Shown here piece by piece: positions 51,901 to 64,000 of a stretch of DNA of 64,000 nucleotides. The position numbers were made by a program, and so were the translations under genes. The notes under the pieces are model-generated. The model saw only the letters and a list, made by a program, of their open reading frames with translations. It did no database searches and was not told where the DNA came from. The stretch spans positions 15,848,550 through 15,912,549 of the forward strand of contig CM082579.2 of assembly GCA_040954595.2 (NCBI GenBank). The letters run 5' to 3'. This DNA is from Balanoglossus misakiensis. Lineage: Eukaryota; Animalia; Hemichordata. Numbering within the stretch: the stretch's first letter is position 1; every line of letters starts with the position of its first letter.

Positions 51901-54900
51901 TGGTGCACCGGCTCTATATGACACAGACTGGCGTAAGTTATCAACGGTGATTACGTCGGATTTCCTACGGCCTGGTTTAGCTGAAGCCCCGGCACTTTAG
52001 AGCGGAAACACGCGTACATTGACCACGATGATCAAGTCAGATCTCCTACGGCCTGGCTCGACTAAAACCCCGGCACACCATGACAGACACTAGCGTTCGT
52101 TAGCAACGGTGATCAAGTCGGATTTCCTTCGGCCTGGCTCTGCAAAAGACCCGACACTCTAGTACAAAGACGTTGGCTAAGTCGGGCAAACCGAACAGGG
52201 AAAGTCACAGCGGTTCAACACTTGACATTTGTTCCGGTAGGACTGCATTATTGCCTGTCGATTTATAGAGAGAGCCCGAATTTAACCAGGGCGTTTCAAA
52301 CACCGACGTTTGTTGGGGGCACGGCCTACAGTACTGCCGGGTAAGCTGACATCGGCGTACCGCATATAATGTAAGGGGGGGGGGGCAGAACGGTTCAATA
52401 CTACATTTATTAGATATCAGCTAATTTTGGACAATCATCTAAAATCTAAATCATTTTTTCATATTTGGATATCTGATGATGTATGAAATTTCCATTATAT
52501 GTAAAATTGGTGCTTATTATAAAACATGCACTCTGAATGAACTGATTTAATACAAGATTGCGTTTTATTCGTTTTTGCACCAAAAAGGTCATTTTTAGGC
52601 AAAACATTCTTTATTTTTTTAATTCGGTGACCTGATCATATATAAACAATTGCTTGTATGTTAAAAGTTTTTATGACTTTTAAAAGCAGTGACACTGGCG
52701 GCATTCATCACGAAAATAACAATTTTAGCCACAATTTAGTCAAAATGGTAAATTTTTGAAATTTACAAAAAATACCTGTTTTCTACATTTTCGGAAATCT
52801 GATGGAGTGTAGAATGCTCTTCGTATGTATATATCGATACAATTTCCACAAAAGACCGTCTAATTTGGCTCACTGCAGACAAAATTGCGTTTTACCAAAT
52901 TTTCCTTGAAAATGTCATTTTTAGAAAAAAAAAAGAAAAAACCTTTGTTCTTCGAATTTGGTGCCCTGATCATATATGACATGTTGATTGTATGTTAAAA
53001 CTCTCGACTACTCCAAAAATGCTGAGATATTGACGGAATTCAAGAAAAATAGCCATTTTGGCCATATTGTGACAAAAATGGTAAATTTTTGAAAAATCAT
53101 AAAAAATTAACTCTTTTCTTCATTTTCGGAAATATTATGGAGCATGAAGTGTCGTTCTCTTGTAAAAAGTGCTGCAAATTCCAGAAAAGGCGGTATAATT
53201 TGAATCACGCAAGACAAAATTGCAATTTTTCGACTTTTTTTTCGAAAAATTGTCTTTTTTACAAAATAAATAAGAATACATTCTTTTCTTAGTTTCAAAC
53301 GGGTAGAGATACTTTCCACACGGGTTTTCTAACATTGAATTCCCGTTCATCAACTCAGATTTCCTACAGCATAAGTCGGCTAAAACCCTGACACTCTAGA
53401 GCAGAAACAGTTGCACACTGGTAACGTTGAACAAGTCGATTTTTCTACGGCCTGGCTCGGCTAAATCTCCGTCACAATATGACAGACACTAGCGTACGTT
53501 AGCAACGGTGATCAAGTCAGATTTTCTACGGCATGGGTTGGATAAAGCCCCGGCACTCTAGAGCAGAAACACGCGTACAGAGACCACGTTGATCAAGTCT
53601 GATCTCCTACGGCTTGGCTCGACTAAAACCCCGGCACACTATGACAGACACTAGCGTTCGTTAGCAACGTTGATCAAGTCAGATTTCCTACGGCATGGCT
53701 TGGCTAAAGCCCTGGCACTCTAGAGCAGAAACACGCGTACAGAGACCACGTTGATCTTCTCACATTTCCTTCGGCCTGGCACGGCTGATGCCCCGGCACT
53801 ATATATAGGACACAAACTGGCGTAAGTTAACAACGGTAATCACGTCGGGTTTCCTACGGCCTGGCTCAGCTGAAGCCCCGGCACTCTAGAGCAGAAACAG
53901 GCGTACATTGACCACGTTGATCAAGTCAGATTTCCTACGGCGTGACTCGGCTGGTGCACCGGCTCTATATGACACAGACTGGCGTAAGTTATCAACGGTG
54001 ATTACGTCGGATTTCCTACGGCCTGGTTTAGCTGAAGCCCCGGCACTTTAGAGCGGAAACACGCGTACATTGACCACGATGATCAAGTCAGATCTCCTAC
54101 GGCCTGGCTCGACTAAAACCCCGGCACACCATGACAGACACTAGCGTTCGTTAGCAACGGTGATCAAGTCGGATTTCCTTCGGCCTGGCTTGGCTAAAGC
54201 CCTGGCATTCTAGAGCAGAAACACGCGTACAGAGACCACATTGATCTACTCACATTTCCTTAGGCCTGGCACGGCTGATGCCCCGCACTATATATAGGAC
54301 ACAGACTGGCGTAAGTTAACAACGGTAATCACGTCGGGTTTCCTTCGGCCTGGCTCAGCTGAAGCCCCGGCACTCTAGAGCAGAAACAGGCGTACATTGA
54401 CCACGTTGATCAAATTAGATTCCTACGGCGTGACTCGGCTGGTGCACCGGCTCTATATGACACAGACTGGCGTAAGTTATCAACGGTGATTACGTCGGAT
54501 TTCCTACGGCCTGGTTTAGCTGAAGCCCCGGCACTTTAGAGCGGAAACACGCGTACATTGACCACGATGATCCAGTCAGATCTCCTACGGCCTGGCTCGA
54601 CTAAAACCCCGGCACACCATGACAGACACTAGCGTTCGTTAGCAACGGTGATCAAGTCGGATTTCCTTCGGCCTGGCTCTGCAAAACACCCGACACTCTA
54701 GTACAAAGACGTTGGCTAAGTCGGGCAAACCGAAGAGGGAAAGTCACAGCGGGTCAACACTCGACATTTGTTCCGGTAGGACTACATTATTGCCTGTCAA
54801 TTTATAGAGAAAGCCCGAATTTAACCAGGGCGTTTCAAACACCGACGTTAGTTGGGGGCACGGCCTGCAGTACTGACGGGTAAGCTGACATCGGCGTACC

Positions 54901-57900
54901 GCATTTAATGTAGGGGGGGGGGGGAACAGAACGGTTCAATACTATATTTATTAGATATCAGCTACTTTTGGACAATCATCTAAAATCTAAATCATTTTTT
55001 CATATTTGGATATCTGATGATGGATGAAATTTCCATTATATGTAAAAATGGTGCTGATTATAAAAAATGCACTCTGAATGAGCTGATTTAATACAAAATT
55101 GCGTTTCATTCGTTTTTGCACCAAAAAGGTCATTTTTAGGCAAAACATTCTTTATTTTTTTATTCGGTGACCTGATCATATATAAGCAATTGCTTGCATG
55201 TTAAAAGTTTTTATGACTTTTAAAAGCAGTGACACTGGCGGCATTCAACACGAAAATAACAATTTTAACCACAATTTGGTCAAAATGGTAAATTTTTGAA
55301 AATTACAAAAAATACCTGTTTTCTACATTTTCGGAAATCTGATGGAGTATAGAATGCTCTTCGTATATATATATCGATACCAATTCCACAAAAGACCGTC
55401 TAATTTGGCTCACTGCAGACAAAATTGCGTTTTACCAAATTTTCCTTGAAAATGTCATTTTTAGAAAAATAAAATAAAAAAACCTTCGTTCTTCGAATTT
55501 AGTGCCCTGATCATATATGACATGTTGATTGTATGTTAAAACTTTCGACCACTCCAAAAATGCAGAGATATTGACGGAATTCAAGAAAAAATAGCCATTT
55601 TGGCCATATTTTGACAAAATGGTACATTTTTAAAAAATCATAAAAAATAAAACTCTTTTCTTCATTTTCGGAAATATTATGGAGCATGAAGTGTCGTTCT
55701 CTTGTAAAAAGTGCTGCAAATTCCAGAAAATGTGGTATAATTTGAATCACCCAAGACAAAATTACCATTTTCGACTTGTTTTCGAAAAATTGTCTTTTTT
55801 ACAAAATAAATAAGAATAAATTCTTTTCTTAGTTTCAAACGGGTAGAGATACTTTCCACACGGGTTTTCTAACATTGAATTCCCGTTCATCAACTCAGAT
55901 TTCCTACAGCATAAGTCGGCTAAAACCCTGACACTCTAGAGCAGAAACAGTTGCACACTGATAACGTTGAACAAGTCGATTTTTCTACGACCTGGCTCGG
56001 CTAAATCTCCGTCACAATATGACAGACACTAGCGTACGTTAGCAACGGTGATCAAGTCAGATTTTCTACGGCATGGCTTGGATAAAGCCCCGGCACTCTA
56101 GAGCAGAAACACGCGTACAGAGACCACGTTGATCTTCTCACATTACCTTCGGCCGGGCACGGCTGATGCCCCGGCACTATATATAGGACACAGACTGGCG
56201 TAAGTTAACAACGGTAATCACGTCGGGTTTTCTTACGGCCTGGCTCAGCTGAAGCCCCGGCACTCTAGAGCAGAAACAGGCGTACATTGACCACGTTGAT
56301 CAAGTCAGATTTCCTACGGCCTGACTCGGCTGGTGCACCGGCTCTATATGACACAGACTGGCGTAAGTTATCAACGGTGATTACGTCGGATTTCCTACGG
56401 CCTGGTTTAGCTGAAGCCCCGGCACTTTAGAGCGGAAACACGCGTACATTGACCACGATGATCAAGTCAGATCTCCTACGGCCTGGCTCGACTAAAACCC
56501 CGGCACACCATGACAGACACTAGCGTTCGTTAGCAACGGTGATCAAGTCGGATTTCCTTCGGCCTGGCTCTGCAAAAGACCCGACACTCTAGTACAAAGA
56601 CGTTGGCTAAGTCGGGCAAACCGAACAGGGAAAGTCACAGCGGTTCAACACTTGACATTTGTTCCGGTAGGACTGCATTATTGCCTGTCGATTTATAGAG
56701 AGAGCCCGAATTTAACCAGGGCGTTTCAAACACCGACGTTTGTTGGGGGCACGGCCTACAGTACTGCCGGGTAAGCTGACATCGGCGTACCGCATATAAT
56801 GTAAGGGGGGGGGGGGGGCAGAACGGTTCAATACTACATTTATTAGATATCAGCTAATTTTGGACAATCATCTAAAATCTAAATCATTTTTTCATATTTG
56901 GATATCTGATGATGTATGAAATTTCCATTATATGTAAAATTGGTGCTTATTATAAAACATGCACTCTGAATGAACTGATTTAATACAAGATTGCGTTTTA
57001 TTCGTTTTTGCACCAAAAAGGTCATTTTTAGGCAAAACATTCTTTATTTTTTTAATTCGGTGACCTGATCATATATAAACAATTGCTTGTATGTTAAAAG
57101 TTTTTATGACTTTTAAAAGCAGTGACACTGGCGGCATTCATCACGAAAATAACAATTTTAGCCACAATTTAGTCAAAATGGTAAATTTTTGAAATTTACA
57201 AAAAATACCTGTTTTCTACATTTTCGGAAATCTGATGGAGTGTAGAATGCTCTTCGTATGTATATATCGATACAATTTCCACAAAAGACCGTCTAATTTG
57301 GCTCACTGCAGACAAAATTGCGTTTTACCAAATTTTCCTTGAAAATGTCATTTTTAGAAAAAAAAAAGAAAAAACCTTTGTTCTTCGAATTTGGTGCCCT
57401 GATCATATATGACATGTTGATTGTATGTTAAAACTCTCGACAACTCCAAAAATGCTGAGATATTGACGGAATTCAAGAAAAATAGCCATTTTGGCCATAT
57501 TGTGACAAAAATGGTAAATTTTTGAAAAATCATAAAAAATTAACTCTTTTCTTCATTTTCGGAAATATTATGGAGCATGAAGTGTCGTTCTCTTGTAAAA
57601 AGTGCTGCAAATTCCAGAAAAGGCGGTATAATTTGAATCACGCAAGACAAAATTGCAATTTTTCGACTTTTTTTTCGAAAAATTGTCTTTTTTACAAAAT
57701 AAATAAGAATAAATTCTTTTCTTAGTTTCAAACGGGTAGAGATACTTTCCACACGGGTTTTCTAACATTGAATTCCCGTTCATCAACTCAGATTTCCTAC
57801 AGCATAAGTCGGCTAAAACCCTGACACTCTAGAGCAGAAACAGTTGCACACTGGTAACGTTGAACAAGTCGATTTTTCTACGGCCTGGCTCGGCTAAATC

Positions 57901-60900
57901 TCCGTCACAATATGACAGACACTAGCGTACGTTAGCAACGGTGATCAAGTCAGATTTTCTACGGCATGGGTTGGATAAAGCCCCGGCACTCTAGAGCAGA
58001 AACACGTGTACAGAGACCACGTTGATCAAGTCTGATCTCCTACGGCTTGGCTCGACTAAAACCCCGGCACACTATGACAGACACTAGCGTTCGTTAGCAA
58101 CGTTGATCAAGTCAGATTTCCTACGGCATGGCTTGGCTAAAGCCCTGGCACTCTAGAGCAGAAACACGCGTACAGAGACCACGTTGATCTTCTCACATTT
58201 CCTTCGGCCTGGCACGGCTGATGCCCCGGCACTATATATAGGACACAAACTGGCGTAAGTTAACAACGGTAATCACGTCGGGTTTCCTACGGCCTGGCTC
58301 AGCTGAAGCCCCGGCACTCTAGAGCAGAAACAGGCGTACATTGACCACGTTGATCAAGTCAGATTTCCTACGGCCTGACTCGGCTGGTGCACCGGCTCTA
58401 TATGACACAGACTGGCGTAAGTTATCAACGGTGATTACGTCGGATTTCCTACGGCCTGGTTTAGCTGAAGCCCCGGCACTTTAGAGCGGAAACACGCGTA
58501 CATTGACCACGATGATCAAGTCAGATCTCCTACGGCCTGGCTCGACTAAAACCCCGGCACACCATGACAGACACTAGCGTTCGTTAGCAACGGTGATCAA
58601 GTCGGATTTCCTTCGGCCTGGCTCTGCAAAAGACCCGACACTCTAGTACAAAGACGTTGGCTAAGTTGGGCAAACCGAAGAGGGAAAGTCACAGCGGGTC
58701 AACACTCGACATTTGTTCCGGTAGGACTGCATTATTGCCTGTCAATTTATAGAGAAAGCCCGAATTTAACCAGGGCGTTTCAAACACCGACGTTAGTTGG
58801 GGGCACGGCCTGCAGTACTGCCGGGTAAGCTGACATCAGCGTACCGCATATAATGTAGGGGGGGGGGGAACAGAACGGTTCAATACTACATTTATCAGAT
58901 ATCAGCTAATTTTTGACAATCATCTAAAATGTAAATCATCTTTTCATATTTGGATATCTGATGATGTATGAAATTTCCATTATATGTAAAAATGGTGCTG
59001 ATTATAAAAATGCACTCTGAATGAGCTGATTTAATACAAAATTGCGTTTTATTCGTTTTTGCACCAAAAAGGTCATTTTTAGTCAAAACATTCTTTATTT
59101 TTTTAATTCGGTGACCTTATCATATATAAACAATTGCTTGTATGTTAAAATTTTTCATGACTTTTACAAGCAATGACACTGGCGGCATTCATCACGAAAA
59201 TAACAATTTTAGCCACAATTCGGTCAAAATGGTAAATTTTTGAAAATTACAAAAAATACCTGTTTTCTACATTTTCGGAAATCTGATGGAGTATAGAATG
59301 CTCTTCGTATGTATATATCGATACAAATTCCACAAAAGACCGTCTAATTTGGCTCACTGCAGACAAAATTGAGTTTTACCAAATTTTCCTTGAAAATGTC
59401 ATTTTTAGAAAAAAAAATAAAAAACCTTTGTTCTTCGAATTTAGTGCCTGATCATATATGACATGTTGATTGTATGTTAAAACTTTCGACCACTCCAAAA
59501 ATGCTGAGATATTGACGGAATTCAAGAAAAAATAGCCATTTTGGCCATATTTTGACAAAAATGGTAAATTTTTAAAAAATCATAAAAAATTAACTCTTTT
59601 CTTCATTTTCGGAAATATTATAGAGCATGAAGTGTCGTTCTCTTGTAAAAAGTGCTGCAAATTCCAGAAAAGGCGGTATAATTTGAATCACCCAAGACAA
59701 AATTACCATTTTCGACTTTTTTTCGAAATATTGTTTTTTTTACAAAATAAATAAGAATAAATTCTTTTCTTAGTTCCAAACGGGTAGAGATACTTTCCAC
59801 ACGGATTTCTAACATTGAATTCCCGTTCATCAACTCAGATTTCCTACAAGTCGGCTAAAACCCTGACACTCTAGAACAGAAACAGTTGCACACTGGTAAC
59901 GTTGAACAAGTCGATTTTTCTACGGCCTGGCTCGGCTAAATCTCCGTCACAATATGACAGACACTAGCGTAGGTTAGCAACGGTGATCAAGTCAGATTTT
60001 CTACGGCATGGCTTGGATAAAGCCCCGGCACTCCAGAGCAGAAACACGCGTACAGAGACCACGCTGATCAAGTCTGATCTCCTACGGCTTGGTTCGACTA
60101 AAACCCCGGCACACTATGACAGACACTAGCGTTCGTTAGCAACGTTGATCAAGTCAGATTTCCTACGGCATGGCTTGGCTAAAGCCCTGGCACTCTAGAG
60201 CAGAAACACGCGTACAGAAACCACGTTGATCTACTCACATTTCCTTCGGCCTGGCACGGCTGATGCCCCGGCAGTATATATAGGACACAGACTTGCGTAA
60301 GTTAACAACGGTAATCACGTCGGGTTTCCTACGGCCTGGCTCAGCTGAAGCCCCGGCACTCTAGAGCAGAAACAGGCGTACATTGACCACGTTGATCAAA
60401 TCAGATTCCTACGGCGTGACTCCGCTGGTGCACCGGCTCTATATGACACAGACTGGCGTAAGTTATCAACGGTGATTACGTCGGATTTCCTACGGCCTGG
60501 TTTAGCTCAAGCCCCGGCACTTTAGAGCGGAAACACGCGTACATTGACCACGATGATCAAGTCAGATCTCCTACGGCTTGGCTCGACTAAAACCCCGGCA
60601 CACTATGACAGACACTAGCGTTCGTTAGCAACGTTGATCAATTCAGATTTCCTACGGCATGGCTTGGCTAAAGCCCTGGCATTCTAGAGCAGAAACACGC
60701 GTACAGAGACCACATTGATCTACTCACATTTCCTTAGGCCTGGCACGGCTGATGCCCCGCACTATATATAGGACACAGACTGGCGTAAGTTAACAACGGT
60801 AATCACGTCGGGTTTCCTTCGGCCTGGCTCAGCTGAAGCCCCGGCACTCTAGAGCAGAAACAGGCGTACATTGACCACGTTGATCAAATTAGATTCCTAC

Positions 60901-63299
60901 GGCGTGACTCGGCTGGTGCACCGGCTCTATATGACACAGACTGGCGTAAGTTATCAACGGTGATTACGTCGGATTTCCTACGGCCTGGTTTAGCTGAAGC
61001 CCCGGCACTTTAGAGCGGAAACACGCGTACATTGACCACGATGATCCAGTCAGATCTCCTACGGCCTGGCTCGACTAAAACCCCGGCACACCATGACAGA
61101 CACTAGCGTTCGTTAGCAACGGTGATCAAGTCGGATTTCCTTCGGCCTGGCTCTGCAAAACACCCGACACTCTAGTACAAAGACGTTGGCTAAGTCGGGC
61201 AAACCGAAGAGGGAAAGTCACAGCGGGTCAACACTCGACATTTGTTCCGGTAGGACTACATTATTGCCTGTCAATTTATAGAGAAAGCCCGAATTTAACC
61301 AGGGCGTTTCAAACACCGACGTTAGTTGGGGGCACGGCCTGCAGTACTGACGGGTAAGCTGACATCGGCGTACCGCACTTAATGTAGGGGGGGGGGAACA
61401 GAACGGTTCAATACTATATTTATTAGATATCAGCTACTTTTGGACAATCATCTAAAATCTAAATCATTTTTTCATATTTGGATATCTGATGATGGATGAA
61501 ATTTCCATTATATGTAAAAATGGTGCTGATTATAAAAAATGCACTCTGAATGAGCTGATTTAATACAAAATTGCGTTTTCTTCGTTTTTGCACCAAAAAG
61601 GTCATTTTTAGGGAAACATTCTTTATTCTTTAAATTCGGTGACCTGATCATATATAAACAATTGCTTGTATGTTAAAAGTTTTAATGACTTTTAAAAGCA
61701 GTGACACTGGCGGCATTCAACACGAAAATAACAATTTTAGCCACAATTCGGTCAAAATGGTAAATTTTTGAAAATTACAAAAAATACCTGTTTTCTACAT
61801 TTTCGGAAATCTGATGGAGTATAGAATGCTCTTCGTATACATATATCGATACAAATTCCACAAAAAACGGCCAATTTGGCTCACTGCAGACAAAATTGCG
61901 TTTTACCAAATTTTCCTTGAAAATGTCATTTTTAGAAAAAAAAATAAGAAAAACCTTTGTTCTTCGAATTTGGTGCCCTGATCATATATGACATGTTGAT
62001 TGTATGTTAAAACTTTCGACCACTCCAAAAATGCAGAGATATTGACGGAATTCAAGAAAAAATAGCCATTTTGGCCATATTTTGACAAAAATGGTAAATT
62101 TTTAAAAAATCATAAAAAATTAACTCTTTTCTTCATTTTCGGAAATATTATGGAGCATGCAGTGTCGTTCTCTTGTAAAAAGTGCTGCAAATTCCAGAAA
62201 AGGCGGTATAATTTGAATCACCCAAGACAAAATTACCATTTTCGACTTTTTTTCGAAATATTGTTTTTTTACAAAATAAATAAGAATAAATTCTTTTCTT
62301 AGTTCCAAACGGGTAGAGATACTTTCCACACGGATTTCTAACATTGAATTCCCGTTCATCAACTCAGATTTCCTACAAGTCGGCTAAAACCCTGACACTC
62401 TAGAACAGAAACAGTTGCACACTGGTAACGTTGAACAAGTCGATTTTTCTACGGCCTGGCTCGGCTAAATCTCCGTCACAATATGACAGACACTAGCGTA
62501 GGTTAGCAACGGTGATCGAGTCAGATTTTCTACGGCATGGCTTGGATAAAGCCCCGGCACTCCAGAGCAGAAACACGCGTACAGAGACCACGCTGATCAA
62601 GTCTGATCTCCTACGGCTTGGTTCGACTAAAACCCCGGCACACTATGACAGACACTAGCGTTCGTTAGCAACGTTGATCAAGTCAGATTTCCTACGGCAT
62701 GGCTTGGCTAAAGCCCTGGCACTTTAGAGCAGAAACACGCGTACAGAAACCACGTTGATCTACTCACATTTCCTTCGGCCTGGCACGGCTGATGCCCCGG
62801 CAGTATATATAGGACACAGACTTGCGTAAGTTAACAACGGTAATCACGTCGGGTTTCCTACGGCCTGGCTCAGCTGAAGCCCCAGCACTCTAGAGCAGAA
62901 ACAGGCGTACATTGACCACGTTGATCAAATCAGATTCCTACGGCGTGACTCCGCTGGTGCACGGGCTCTATATGACACAGACTGGCGTAAGTTATCAACG
63001 GTGATTACGTCGGATTTCCTACGGCCTGGTTTAGCTCAAGCCCCGGCACTTTAGAGCGGAAACACGCGTACATTGACCACGATGATCAAGTCAGATCTCC
63101 TACGGCTTGGCTCGACTAAAACCCCGGCACACTATGACAGACACTAGCGTTCGTTAGCAACGTTGATCAATTCAGATTTCCTACGGCATGGCTTGGCTAA
63201 AGCCCTGGCATTCTAGAGCAGAAACACGCGTACAGAGACCACATTGATCTACTCACATTTCCTTAGGCCTGGCACGGCTGATGCCCCGCACTATATATA

Positions 63300-64000
63300 T
63301 GTAACGGCCTTGTTGATCCATTGAATTTGTATACATGTATATCTGTATGTATGTTATACCTGTATCTTATAGTAATTAGTTATTCAATTATTCATATGAC
63401 GTAATAGTACTTACCTTCAATTGGTTGGTCTTAATTATATGCTAACCACCTGGAAGTTTCATTTGACCAATGAACACAAGCTAATCTGGCACTATGATGT
63501 AATTGCTGATATAAAAGGACATGGTGCATAAAATTGGTCAGTTCACCTCTGTAGCCAGACCGGCCACACACGTTGGAACTGACATGTATTTGTTCCATTT
63601 CAGGTTAGTTTCCTTGTACCTTACCTGTTGCTTGAAGCTTTGTATTTTGGTGCATTCTACCGACTCATTTCAGCACAAGTAATTGGTGTCTTTAACTTGC
63701 GTCAATTTTCCAATTGTATGTCTATATTTTTCACTTGCATGAATTCTGTTGGAGGTGAACTCCCATACATGTGTGTAATTTAGCAGTTCACCTCTGTAGC
63801 CAGACCGGCCACACACGTTGGAACTGACATGTATTTGTTCCATTTCAGTTATTAAATGTAAGGCCTATGTCTTTGTTACCCGTAACCTGTTTGGTGTGAA
63901 TATGTTGGAATGAACGGCGACAACCGTGACAAATGGCGTAGTCGGCAGGATTTGGCAATTCCTACGCAAGTTCTTGTTTCGGGACGGAGAGGATGATACT
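63300..64000 (+). mobile_element. 5' end of a second LTR retrotransposon (LTR 63300-63931)
   Basis: TGTAACGG...CCGTGACA, inserted after satellite TATATATA and followed by a PBS. Confidence 0.88.
63934..63952 (+). other. Primer binding site complementary to tRNA-Ser 3' end
   Basis: TGGCGTAGTCGGCAGGATT is the reverse complement of AATCCTGCCGACTACGCCA, the 3' end of eukaryotic tRNA-Ser(AGA/TGA). Confidence 0.88.

Larger units (their letters stand above)
12397..63299. repeat. Complex macrosatellite, about 16-17 units of ~1.55-2.55 kb
   Basis: Each unit has a poly-G marker (near 12692, 14581, 28330, 30737, 36958, 38669, 40914, 42635, 46711, 48268, 50320, 52372, 54911, 56801, 58856, 61385), then ~1 kb AT-rich block of diverged ~330-bp subrepeats, then an array of ~80-bp GATCAAGTCAGATTTCCTACGGC monomers. 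Confidence 0.95.

Noticed and set aside
12734-62362. Recurrent short ORFs (MSKYGQNGYFF..., MESIST..., MNRSVPPP...)
   Set aside because: Chance frames in satellite units, broken variably by homopolymer indels, with no recognisable domains.

Overview
Eukaryotic (metazoan, probably invertebrate) repeat-rich DNA with no ordinary host gene. Positions 1-12396 are one arm of an IS3EU-like DNA transposon. Its spliced DDE transposase (8 exons, - strand, reading frame intact as far as visible) carries intronic insertions: a CR1/L2-group LINE, a palindromic MITE and a Penelope-like element with a 1-kb inverted copy and two hammerhead ribozymes. From 12397 to 63299 lies a complex macrosatellite (about 1.55-2.55 kb units built from ~330-bp AT-rich and ~80-bp GC-richer subrepeats). 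It has been invaded by a young 11.4-kb Gypsy LTR retrotransposon, an EnSpm/CACTA-like element, a Kolobok-like foldback element, three copies of one L2 fragment and a second LTR element. The standout is the Gypsy element (15042-26409). It has a helix-hairpin-helix domain on Gag, a PHD finger on integrase, and in the env position an intact ~924-aa ORF ending in a TatD nuclease domain with all canonical metal ligands, preceded by a splice acceptor. All calls come from reading the sequence and ORF track; no database searches were run.
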